From Pseudomonadota bacterium (lineage in GTDB: Bacteria > Pseudomonadota > Alphaproteobacteria > Caulobacterales > Parvularculaceae), in NCBI GenBank assembly GCA_039819545.1, contig JBCBRS010000014.1, positions 5,043 to 69,042 on the forward strand: 64,000 bases of DNA, read 5' to 3'. The notes beneath the pieces were generated by a model. It ran no database searches and was not told the origin of the DNA. It worked only from the letters and a program-made list of their open reading frames with translations. Of this stretch, positions 7,369 to 15,042 are shown piece after piece (position 1 is the first letter of the stretch; the number at the start of each line of letters is the position of its first letter). A program made the translations under genes and the position numbers.

Positions 7369-7496
7369 AATCATCCATCAAAATGATCGCCTACGCCGCC
7401 ATAGGTACCTATCTCGCGGGCTTTATCCTCGCGGCCACATACCGAATGCCTGGCCTGAAAACCGCCAGCGATGGTTTTAACGGTCGCGGCATCTAA
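7365..7496 (+). CDS. 43-aa single-TM protein (below the ORF-track size cutoff)
   Basis: MKSSIKMIAYAAIGTYLAGFILAATYRMPGLKTASDGFNGRGI. Confidence 0.45.
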   Translation: MKSSIKMIAYAAIGTYLAGFILAATYRMPGLKTASDGFNGRGI

Positions 7497-7532
7497 ACCG
7501 CACCTGTCAGTACACAGACAAGGAACAAAAAC

Positions 7533-8450
7533 ATGAGTGAAACGGTAGCTGCGGTCACCCCGTTAACCCAGGCGTCGTACCGGGACCATATCTTTCCCGA
7601 CTTTGAAAACGTCGCGCCTGGCGATACGGCCACCATGCGAGAGCAACGCGGGTACATGTACCATTACGTTGACCTCAAATTGTCAGGCGGCTTGCTACCG
7701 TCTCACCTGTCAAACATCCGCGTGAAGGTTTCCGATACGGAAATTTATACAAGCCTTCGCGGCGCTGATCTTGATGTCGTCAACTTCTTTCACGGCTTTG
7801 ATGACGCCGAAACGGTCGCTACAGTGCGCATCCCGTTCGCCGCGCCTGGGCTTAAAAACCCGCTTGATGAAATCGAAACCTCGCTCAATATCCAGGTTCC
7901 CGATCCCGTGACCGGCGTTGTCTTTACGCACTTCGACGTCGAGGTCGATATCGCCGACAATGCACCGGCAACCGCGCGTCTCAAAGCCGTTGGTGCCCGT
8001 CAAGCGGCCGCTCTTAACATCGGCCCTGGTATCGTTCGCCAAATGCGCGCCTATCGCCAGCTCATTCCGGCGGAAGGTGAATTTACAATGCGCGATATCG
8101 TGACGCCTGGCCTGCCCATCGCATCGCGACAGTTCCTCAATGGGCTCTATATGAACATCGACCCCCGCAATGTTCGTGAAATCATCCTTACCCGGAGCGG
8201 GCGGCAAGAATTCCGTCTTGATCCCATTCAGAACGAAATCAACCAGCGCGCGCTTGGTAAAAAGCCGGTCGCAAACTGGACAATCATTGATTTTCGAAAA
8301 GAAGGCCTGGGTTATTCTGGCGTCGATTTGCGCCAGCAAACCAACGACTTTGACTTGCGAGTGCAAGTGCAAAACCGGCCCGATGGTACGGTTCCGCCTA
8401 ATAGCTTCCGCTATCTCACTGACATGACGGGCGTTCCTGTAATCAACTAA
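7533..8450 (+). CDS. Major capsid protein candidate (305 aa, beta-rich; suspected double jelly-roll, PM2 P2-like)
   Basis: AAGGAA lies upstream of the ATG. There is no TM segment. YVDLKLSGGLLPSHLSNIRVKVSD and the C-terminal IIDFRKEGLGYSGVDL...DLRVQV resemble my recollection of PM2 P2. The gene sits after the ATPase and before the membrane-protein genes. Confidence 0.55.
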   Translation: MSETVAAVTPLTQASYRDHIFPDFENVAPGDTATMREQRGYMYHYVDLKLSGGLLPSHLSNIRVKVSDTEIYTSLRGADLDVVNFFHGFDDAETVATVRIPFAAPGLKNPLDEIETSLNIQVPDPVTGVVFTHFDVEVDIADNAPATARLKAVGARQAAALNIGPGIVRQMRAYRQLIPAEGEFTMRDIVTPGLPIASRQFLNGLYMNIDPRNVREIILTRSGRQEFRLDPIQNEINQRALGKKPVANWTIIDFRKEGLGYSGVDLRQQTNDFDLRVQVQNRPDGTVPPNSFRYLTDMTGVPVIN

Positions 8451-8482
8451 GCGCTTTTGGGCGCATACTGAGGGTTTCTCTC

Positions 8483-8803
8483 ATGGATGAAATGAGCCGG
8501 GTTTCTGTGAAAAATGCTGTGGGAGACTTCTTCTCTGGCATTTTCACCCTGGGCGGCGGGCTGTTAACAAACGCGGCCGCCGCTGCCGGTCAACGCCTCA
8601 ATGAGGAAATCCTCGGCCGGGGCCGCGTGGGCGCTGCGCCCGATGCTAGCCAAAACCTTGATGCAACACTGTTGCAAGGTCGGCAGGGTGCCGAGCAAGG
8701 CGCACCGCTGCAACGGGGCGTCACTCTGTCCACCAATCAAATTTTAATCGGCGGCTCGCTTGCCGCTGGTCTGGTTCTAACCGTCATTATCGCGTCAAGG
8801 TAG
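8483..8803 (+). CDS. Membrane protein with C-terminal TM anchor (106 aa)
   Basis: C-terminal ILIGGSLAAGLVLTVIIASR. Confidence 0.55.
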   Translation: MDEMSRVSVKNAVGDFFSGIFTLGGGLLTNAAAAAGQRLNEEILGRGRVGAAPDASQNLDATLLQGRQGAEQGAPLQRGVTLSTNQILIGGSLAAGLVLTVIIASR

Positions 8804-8807
8804 TCTC

Positions 8808-8987
8808 ATGTTGCCATTGCCCTCTCTCGGTTTTTCTACCACGCGCATTCTTGAAGGAATGAGCGGGGAGGTAGCTTTTGGCTCTAACGTGTTCGCGCCG
8901 TTTTCCCGGTCTGGTCCATCGCCGCTAATTGTCGGCATTGTTGCGGTAGCCGCTGTTGCTGCCACGGCGCTCGTGGTGAGGTCGTAA
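8808..8987 (+). CDS. 59-aa protein with C-terminal TM anchor (below the ORF-track cutoff)
   Basis: MLPLPSLGFSTTRILEGMSGEVAFGSNVFAPFSRSGPSPLIVGIVAVAAVAATALVVRS. The stop abuts the next ATG. Confidence 0.45.
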   Translation: MLPLPSLGFSTTRILEGMSGEVAFGSNVFAPFSRSGPSPLIVGIVAVAAVAATALVVRS

Positions 8988-9734
8988 ATGCTACCGACCA
9001 TTGTAACCGGAAAAAAATCAAACAATCCCATCACGCTTGCTGAAGAACGCAATCTTAACAATGCCGTTGCGGAAGATGCCATCGGGTTGACCGTAAGCGG
9101 AATGAACGTCATTTCCATTGGTGATGAGGGCTTAATCACGCGCGCGGCCGATCTTGCCGATGATGTTTCGCGGCGCGGTTTGTCCGTTGCCGAAAACGTC
9201 GCTGACCAGGCTTTTGATCTCGGCCGTGACTTTGTGGATGCGGGCGCATCCGCCGTACGCGATGCGGGCCGCATCGGCCTAGAAGGTGTGCAGTCCTCGG
9301 CTGATCTTGCCTTCATGGGGCTTTCGGAGGCCACCGGTCTAAGTGCTCGCTCTTTGCGCGAGGCAAGCGAAATCGCCCGCGATGCCGTTGATCGCAGCGC
9401 GGAAATTTCCTTTGCTGGTCTGCGTGAGGCGCAAGCCCTGGGCCGTGAGGGGCTGGGCGTCGCCGGTGATGCATTCCGCACCACCACCGAGAATAACCGC
9501 ACCGCTTTCGAGTTTGGGGCTCTGGCGCTACAGACAACCGCCGACGTCGCCCGCGATGCGGTCGAAGCAAGCGAACAATCGTCATCTGGTGCGTTCAACC
9601 TGGGCAATATCCGCTCGCAAGTGCCCGCCGAGACAATTAGCGCGCAAAGTGCAAACACTGGCACCGTCGTTGTTATCGGTGCGGTCGTTGCCGTTGTTGC
9701 CGTCACTTTCATGCTGACGCGGGGGCGCTCGTGA
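8988..9734 (+). CDS. Ala/Asp/Arg-rich helical repeat protein with C-terminal TM anchor (248 aa)
   Basis: Recurrent A-x-D-x-A/G-R periodicity. C-terminal VVVIGAVVAVVAVTFML. Confidence 0.6.
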   Translation: MLPTIVTGKKSNNPITLAEERNLNNAVAEDAIGLTVSGMNVISIGDEGLITRAADLADDVSRRGLSVAENVADQAFDLGRDFVDAGASAVRDAGRIGLEGVQSSADLAFMGLSEATGLSARSLREASEIARDAVDRSAEISFAGLREAQALGREGLGVAGDAFRTTTENNRTAFEFGALALQTTADVARDAVEASEQSSSGAFNLGNIRSQVPAETISAQSANTGTVVVIGAVVAVVAVTFMLTRGRS

Positions 9735-10192
9735 GAATTCCCCAGGCAACAACGCTTGCCGAAATTGCTGCGCGTGGCCGTCGATCAACGGCCGCCGTCG
9801 AAGGTCGTATGCTGACAGATGGCGCAGAGCGCATGGCGTCAAATGCTGTGCGCGAAACCGTGGCTGCTGAGGCCAGGCAAGGTGCGGCGCAGATGCCGTT
9901 TCAGAACGTCGCGTCACAGCGCGGCGGGTCTGTGTTTTCCGCCGTTGCACAGCGTAGTCTTGTGCTTGCGTCAGGTCAGTCGCGCGTTGTTCGTGTTAAC
10001 TCAAGTTCGGTTCAGTATTTAGACAGTACAGTTCCCGCCGCGTTCTTGTTTGTTCGTGTCGAACAAAACGAAGAAATCCGTATGCGGCTCGGTGATGTCC
10101 TCACCTTTGGCCAGCCTTTTAAGACCATAGAAGTTCGCGCTGGGCAGGATATGGAAGTCATCATGCAGTTTGGTTTCAACGCAGAAAGGTAA
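9731..10192 (+). CDS. 153-aa protein with a beta-rich C-terminal half (possible vertex/penton protein)
   Basis: GTG start overlaps the upstream stop. The C-terminal segment RVVRVNSSSVQYLDSTVPAAFLFVRVEQNEEIRMRLGDVLTFGQPFKTIEVRAGQDMEVIMQFGF looks like a single jelly-roll-sized beta domain. The function is inference only. Confidence 0.5.
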   Translation: MRIPQATTLAEIAARGRRSTAAVEGRMLTDGAERMASNAVRETVAAEARQGAAQMPFQNVASQRGGSVFSAVAQRSLVLASGQSRVVRVNSSSVQYLDSTVPAAFLFVRVEQNEEIRMRLGDVLTFGQPFKTIEVRAGQDMEVIMQFGFNAER

Positions 10193-10196
10193 CCCC

Positions 10197-10349
10197 ATGC
10201 CCACACCGTCAACCGCCCCAGAAGAAAACGCCAAGCGTGAAAACGCAAAAGCGCAAAATCCGTCAACGCCTTCGCCGCTAATGAATGACGCGCCTGCGCC
10301 TCAATCAGGTGAGCATGGCGTTCTGAATTCCAATCCGCAAACCGACTAA
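10197..10349 (+). CDS. 50-aa Pro/Asn-rich peptide (below the ORF-track cutoff)
   Basis: MPTPSTAPEENAKRENAKAQNPSTPSPLMNDAPAPQSGEHGVLNSNPQTD. Fills the gap between flanking genes. Confidence 0.3.
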   Translation: MPTPSTAPEENAKRENAKAQNPSTPSPLMNDAPAPQSGEHGVLNSNPQTD

Positions 10350-10355
10350 AGGTCT

Positions 10356-11006
10356 TTGTTCGTGGAAATCATCATCGCCTTTTTGGTTCTGTCGTTTGCC
10401 GGTATCTTTGCGGTGCTGGAAGCGCGCGCGGCAAATGCTGCGCCGGTGCCGCGCCGTGAACCAACTCTACGGCCCGCGCCTGTTCGCGACGCGCAAGGTG
10501 ATGATGATCCACAAGCGGGCAATGGCGGTGACAGTCCTGGCACCAATATTGGGCCAGCACTTGTGTCGGCCGCCACGCGCGCTCGCGAAATTGATGTCAC
10601 CGCACGGACGTTGTGGGGTGAGGCGCGCGGTGAAGGTTCTGGCGGCATGATTGCAGTCGCGCGTGTTATTCGAAACCGTGTCTTGTCAAGTCGTTATCCG
10701 AACACGTTTGAAGCCGTCTGTATGCAGCGCTTTCAGTTTTCGGTCTGGAATGATGGCGGCGCAGCGTTGCTCGCAGTTGGTCTGTCTGATCGTGCTTTTG
10801 TTGATGCGATACGCATTGCCAGTGAGGCGGTTGACGGCACCTTGCCGCCCGATGATCGTTTCAGCCCCAACGATAATGGAGAGGTTCTCCACTATCTTAA
10901 TCCTGATCCTGCGCTTTATCCGTCGGGCCGACTTCCGTCCTGGGCCTTTGCGGCAAGCGAGGCGCATGACATTGGCCGTCACCGATTTTTAAGAGGCGTA
11001 GCATGA
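10356..11006 (+). CDS. SleB-type cell-wall hydrolase (Hydrolase_2 family) with an N-terminal membrane anchor
   Basis: ARTLWGEARGEGSGGMIAVARVIRNRV...FEAVCMQRFQFSVWND is the SleB/CwlJ-type signature. N-terminal IIIAFLVLSFAGIFAVL. Confidence 0.75.
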   Translation: MFVEIIIAFLVLSFAGIFAVLEARAANAAPVPRREPTLRPAPVRDAQGDDDPQAGNGGDSPGTNIGPALVSAATRAREIDVTARTLWGEARGEGSGGMIAVARVIRNRVLSSRYPNTFEAVCMQRFQFSVWNDGGAALLAVGLSDRAFVDAIRIASEAVDGTLPPDDRFSPNDNGEVLHYLNPDPALYPSGRLPSWAFAASEAHDIGRHRFLRGVA

Positions 11007-11332
11007 ACGAAATTGACAATATCCGCCGGGCCACAGTCACGACGATTGCGGCACCCTTTCAGTTTCTAAACGGGCTCGCAATCAATGGCGGCCGGATCCT
11101 CGGGCAAGGGCTCGATTTTAACGGCGATGGCAAAATCAATTTTAGCGATGTTGGTGCCGGTGTATCTGCCGCTGGGCGCGCAGTGACTGGCGCTGCCCGC
11201 ACGGCCGTTGAACCCGTCGCAAGGGCCGCGCGCGGTCTTGATCCTTCGCCTTCGTCGTCTCCGGTGGTGCCGCTGGCGGCCGTCGTTGCTGCCGGTGCGG
11301 CTGGTTACTTCATTTTCAAAAGGCTCAAGTAA
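11003..11332 (+). CDS. Membrane protein with C-terminal TM anchor (109 aa)
   Basis: C-terminal VVPLAAVVAAGAAGYFIF. Confidence 0.55.
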   Translation: MNEIDNIRRATVTTIAAPFQFLNGLAINGGRILGQGLDFNGDGKINFSDVGAGVSAAGRAVTGAARTAVEPVARAARGLDPSPSSSPVVPLAAVVAAGAAGYFIFKRLK

Positions 11333-11481
11333 TGGTTCTTTTAATTCGTGGACTGACCATCGTAGGCGGTACTATCCTGGGTTTTCTCGGTATTGGTGCA
11401 ATCTCCCAAACCGAACAACTTTTGCGCGCCGCTGTGCCTGTCATGTTGATTGGCGGAACGCTCTACCTGATCTCGCGTTAA
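11332..11481 (+). CDS. 49-aa two-TM protein (below the ORF-track cutoff)
   Basis: MVLLIRGLTIVGGTILGFLGIGAISQTEQLLRAAVPVMLIGGTLYLISR. TAATG overlap with the upstream ORF. Confidence 0.45.
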   Translation: MVLLIRGLTIVGGTILGFLGIGAISQTEQLLRAAVPVMLIGGTLYLISR

Positions 11482-11498
11482 TCTGAGGAGTACCGGCA

Positions 11499-13241
11499 AT
11501 GCCACAACCAAGTCCCCTTTTCGGCGGCGGCTCCACAGGCGGCGGCGCGCCAACTGGCGGCGGCGGAAACCCGCCCGCTGGTATGCTATCCGCGTCCGGC
11601 TTGCGCGAAATCTCGCGCGCCGCTGGTCTGCCCACAATCTTTGGCGACACCATCGCTGGCGATGCAACGCCCGATCTGCGCGCCGCGCTTGTTGATCACA
11701 TAACGGCCGGGGGCGGTGATTTTCTGATTGCTGGAAAGTATGACTTTCAAACGCCGCTGATCATTGATGACATTGATACCGACATGAAGATCCGCGGCGA
11801 TGATCGCACCGCGCTTACGGTCTCGATGGTAGATGACTTTTTGCAGCTATCAACGCTATTTACCGGTGGTCCGTCCCCAGAAGAAATCGACGTTATCAAA
11901 CTGCATGATTTGCGCTTTGTTGCTGGGGTGCCTGGCGCGGGTCGCGCTTTTGATCTGCGCTTTCCTGATTATGGAAACGTGCTCAGCCGCTCCACGTCAA
12001 TTAAGAATATCACCGGCAACATCAAGCAAACGTCGGGCGAATTCCCTACAGGGGAGTACTGGGCAAACTTCTGTAGACTGACAAATCCATGGCGTGGACA
12101 GTATTCGAACATCTACTGCATGGGGCCATACGGGCCAAATCCTGCGGGCGGTACGCTTGATCTAATCCCCGGCGGCACAGGCCTGGAAATCGCGGGCCGC
12201 GCCTTTGTGTCGATCTTTGATGATTGCGCCTTTTGGACGTTTACGGAAGGCATGGTTCTTGGTCGCGGCCGCGATGGTAGCGCGGGCGCAAGCAATATTC
12301 TTGATGACTTTGAGGAGTTCGTCTTTCGCGAATGCCGCGCGGTACAGTGTACCAATGGTATTGTGGTTCATCCAAACGGCTTGCAACCTGGTGGCCGCGT
12401 CCAGGGTGGTCATTTCAATTGCACCGAAAACAATATCATGATGACGGGCATCCGGTCGGCATCGGTTGCTGATGTGCTTCTCTATGATGATGTAAAGGAC
12501 CGCGCTAATCCTTTTCTCGGGCAGCATGTGGACCTTCGGTTTGTCAACTGCAAAGAGATGAACGTTAAGGGAAACACCACGCGCGGTATGTCATCTGATG
12601 CCGGTCAACGGGCTTTTGTCCGTGCGGAAAGTGGTTCTGAGAACCTAATTTCGGAAGGCAACACAATCGGACAACGTGACTTCCGCTACATTGTCGCCAA
12701 CGCCGCCGCAAACGGTACCCTCGGGCCTGATAAGCTTATCGCGCCAGAAAACGCCAAAATCACGGGCGCTCCGCAATCGGTCGTCGGTCACTATTTTATC
12801 AAGCCAAAAGCGACTGTCGTTCAAAACGTATCGGCACAGACAATCGCAACCGGCGGTGCTGGTGCGGCCGCCCTCGAGTTGCAGACGGCCGCGCAACAAC
12901 TTGTTGGTGATTGGTGGAATGCGGCCAACCCAACCAGGTTAACCGTACCAGCTGAGCGCGCGGTGCGGTTTGTCAAAATCAACGCCACGGTGCGCTTCGC
13001 CCCCAATGCTGTTGGAACGCGCCGTGTCCGTGTGCTGAAAAACGGCGCTGTGGCCGCTGGCTTGCCCGATGAAATCGTCATGGCCGCTGGTGCTGGTCCA
13101 ACCCATGTGACGCTTTCCGCCGATAGTATCCCGGTGGCTGATGGAGACTACTTCGAGGTCTTTGTCGAGCAATCCTCCGGCGGGGATCTGCAGACGGTTC
13201 CAGGTCTTGGAACCTTTGTCACTATTCAATCCGAGACATGA
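11499..13241 (+). CDS. Spike / receptor-binding protein candidate (580 aa, Gly-rich N-terminus, beta-helix-like body)
   Basis: GAGGAG lies upstream of the ATG. N-terminal GGGSTGGGAPTGGGGNPPAG. It is the largest structural ORF and has no TM segment. The repetitive beta-strand-like sequence is reminiscent of pectate-lyase-fold phage spikes. Confidence 0.55.
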   Translation: MPQPSPLFGGGSTGGGAPTGGGGNPPAGMLSASGLREISRAAGLPTIFGDTIAGDATPDLRAALVDHITAGGGDFLIAGKYDFQTPLIIDDIDTDMKIRGDDRTALTVSMVDDFLQLSTLFTGGPSPEEIDVIKLHDLRFVAGVPGAGRAFDLRFPDYGNVLSRSTSIKNITGNIKQTSGEFPTGEYWANFCRLTNPWRGQYSNIYCMGPYGPNPAGGTLDLIPGGTGLEIAGRAFVSIFDDCAFWTFTEGMVLGRGRDGSAGASNILDDFEEFVFRECRAVQCTNGIVVHPNGLQPGGRVQGGHFNCTENNIMMTGIRSASVADVLLYDDVKDRANPFLGQHVDLRFVNCKEMNVKGNTTRGMSSDAGQRAFVRAESGSENLISEGNTIGQRDFRYIVANAAANGTLGPDKLIAPENAKITGAPQSVVGHYFIKPKATVVQNVSAQTIATGGAGAAALELQTAAQQLVGDWWNAANPTRLTVPAERAVRFVKINATVRFAPNAVGTRRVRVLKNGAVAAGLPDEIVMAAGAGPTHVTLSADSIPVADGDYFEVFVEQSSGGDLQTVPGLGTFVTIQSET

Positions 13242-13244
13242 TCC

Positions 13245-13541
13245 GTGCCCGTCGAAACGCTTCCCCGCTCCACGTTCCGTCCCGATTTTATTGCGGTCAT
13301 CGTCGCAATGGGCGCGCACCTGGCCGCATCTGCCTTTTGGGCTGGTCAAATTGGGGCCCAAGTAAGCGCGGTTCAGGACCGCATAGATAATGCCGTATCG
13401 CCAATGGCGCAGCGCGTAGCGGCTACGGAAGCCGAGTTGATCCGCCGCGATGGATGGATGGGTCAAATGGAAACCCGTGCCGCAAAAATGGAAACCAGGA
13501 TCGAGGTGATCCAATCAAAACTAGAAAGGGACGTACCATGA
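13245..13541 (+). CDS. N-terminal TM plus coiled-coil protein (98 aa)
   Basis: FIAVIVAMGAHLAASAFWAG, followed by heptad-like METRAAKMETRIEVIQSKLE. Confidence 0.5.
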   Translation: MPVETLPRSTFRPDFIAVIVAMGAHLAASAFWAGQIGAQVSAVQDRIDNAVSPMAQRVAATEAELIRRDGWMGQMETRAAKMETRIEVIQSKLERDVP

Positions 13542-13807
13542 CGTTTTTTAAGAACAGACTACAAGAGGCTTCTACCTGGGCAGGCCTGCCGATGATTATG
13601 GTTGGCATTACGTCGCTACTCGGTATGGGGCAGCGCAAGGCCGAAATCGCCACCCAGGTGGGCGAACAAATTGGCGGCGCGGTTGCGTCGGGCTTGCCCT
13701 GGTGGCAAGGCGCGCTTATCGCGGGCACCGGCCTGGTCATGTCGGTTGGCCGCGAGGCCGGATCGCCTGACAAGCCCTTGCCGCCAACTGTAGGGGGTGG
13801 CCAATGA
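13538..13807 (+). CDS. Two-TM small membrane protein (89 aa, holin-like topology)
   Basis: The ATGA-coupled ATG at 13538 has AAAGGGA upstream. Hydrophobic segments WAGLPMIMVGITSLLG and WWQGALIAGTGLVMSV. Confidence 0.5.
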   Translation: MTFFKNRLQEASTWAGLPMIMVGITSLLGMGQRKAEIATQVGEQIGGAVASGLPWWQGALIAGTGLVMSVGREAGSPDKPLPPTVGGGQ

Positions 13808-13914
13808 AGGGGCGTAAGGCCAACGGCCAATTAAAAAAGGGATATCGCCTCACAAAATCTGGGGTGCGCAAAGTCACGAAAAAGCGAACCACGAAGCGCC
13901 GCCGTCGGCGATAA
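13804..13914 (+). CDS. 36-aa extremely basic peptide (below the ORF-track cutoff)
   Basis: MKGRKANGQLKKGYRLTKSGVRKVTKKRTTKRRRRR. ATGA coupling to the upstream ORF. Confidence 0.35.
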   Translation: MKGRKANGQLKKGYRLTKSGVRKVTKKRTTKRRRRR

Positions 13915-13928
13915 GAAAGGAAGATAAA

Positions 13929-14120
13929 ATGTCTGATCCACTAAGAAAAGAACACCGTGAGCTGACAGAAAAAGAAAAAAATGACATAAGCTTTATTAAG
14001 CAGCTTGCTGAAGATTTGCTCAATGCGATTGAAGAAACAGGCTCTGGGCGCGAGCAATCAATTGCAAAAACCAACATCGAACAAGCCGTCATGTGGGCGG
14101 TAAAGGGCGCTACAGCGTGA
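13929..14120 (+). CDS. 63-aa acidic helical protein between the structural/lysis genes and int (moron position)
   Basis: AAGGAAG lies upstream of the ATG. MSDPLRKEHRELTEKEKNDISFIKQLAEDLLNAIEETGSGREQSIAKTNIEQAVMWAVKGATA. The 3' end overlaps the int stop region by 11 nt (convergent genes). Confidence 0.55.
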   Translation: MSDPLRKEHRELTEKEKNDISFIKQLAEDLLNAIEETGSGREQSIAKTNIEQAVMWAVKGATA

Positions 14121-14964
14121 CAAGACTTTCCACATGACTTGACCACAAAGAGAGCGCCTCGCGGCGCTCTTTTTCGTATGAGTACTGATTATAAACCGCG
14201 TCTATTGGATCTGTGCCGGTTTTGTGATTGACCACCCGGTGCGCGATGTCGCGTGAGACGCCCAGCCGCGCAAGCCCGGTATAAAACGTCCGTCGAAGGT
14301 CGTGAAACACCCAGGGCGGCCCCTCCCAATAGGTCATAAGGCGCGCATGGGCCCGCGAAAAACCGCTCTTAGGCTGCGCGCAGCGTGGCGCGCAGGGGTA
14401 GGGGGCCGACACGTCGATCTGAGCGCGGGTGAAGTGAGTGAGGTGCACTGTGTGAGGCCGTCCGTTCTTTGTTTGGCCCGCCGATACCGTCCAGGTCTCG
14501 CGCTCGATGTCGCCGCGCTGGATCCTGGCGCACTCACCACGTCGTTGCCCAGTGAGAAGCGCAAGCCGATAAACAGGCGTAAAAGATCGCCCGTGCGCAT
14601 CCAGAAGCCGCCATACGCGCACTACCTCACAGTCTGACAAAACGCGCGTACGGGCCGCCAGTGGTCGCGGGCCGCGCATTCCGGCCATGGGGTTCTGATC
14701 GACGTATCCATAATTGTGAAGCCACCCCATCATCGCCCGGCTAACTCGAAACGCATTGCCCTTGGTGCCGGGTCGGTCTCGATGCGCCACTAGGACTTGA
14801 GCAAAGTCGGCCCTCGTGAGGTCCTGTGCGGCCGTTTTTGGTAGGTGTGGCAGAATGTCGCGTTTCACCACCATTTTAGTCTTCTGCGCCGACTTCATAA
14901 ATGCAACGTGCTCGGACAAATAGACCTCCGCAAGTGCGTGCAATGTGTGTCGATACTGACCCAT
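14110..14964 (-). CDS. Tyrosine recombinase (phage integrase family)
   Basis: LLTGQRRGE (catalytic Arg box), HDLRRTF (H-x-x-R), HRVVNH and the C-terminal YNQYSY (catalytic Tyr region). Lies directly adjacent to the tRNA 3' end. Confidence 0.85.
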   Translation of the reverse strand: MGQYRHTLHALAEVYLSEHVAFMKSAQKTKMVVKRDILPHLPKTAAQDLTRADFAQVLVAHRDRPGTKGNAFRVSRAMMGWLHNYGYVDQNPMAGMRGPRPLAARTRVLSDCEVVRVWRLLDAHGRSFTPVYRLALLTGQRRGECARIQRGDIERETWTVSAGQTKNGRPHTVHLTHFTRAQIDVSAPYPCAPRCAQPKSGFSRAHARLMTYWEGPPWVFHDLRRTFYTGLARLGVSRDIAHRVVNHKTGTDPIDAVYNQYSYEKERREALSLWSSHVESLVTL

Positions 14965-15042
14965 ATAAGCCCCCCAAAACTATATTATGGAAGCCCGCCA
15001 TCGGGTGAGTATAGATCTGATCAATTTGACACAAAATTGAAA

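Noticed and set aside
8795-9950. Minus-strand ORFs 8795..9712 (305 aa) and 9582..9950
   Set aside because: Ser/Ala/Arg/Thr-rich mirror frames of the Ala/Asp/Arg-rich plus-strand genes. The plus-strand genes have coupled starts and TM anchors.
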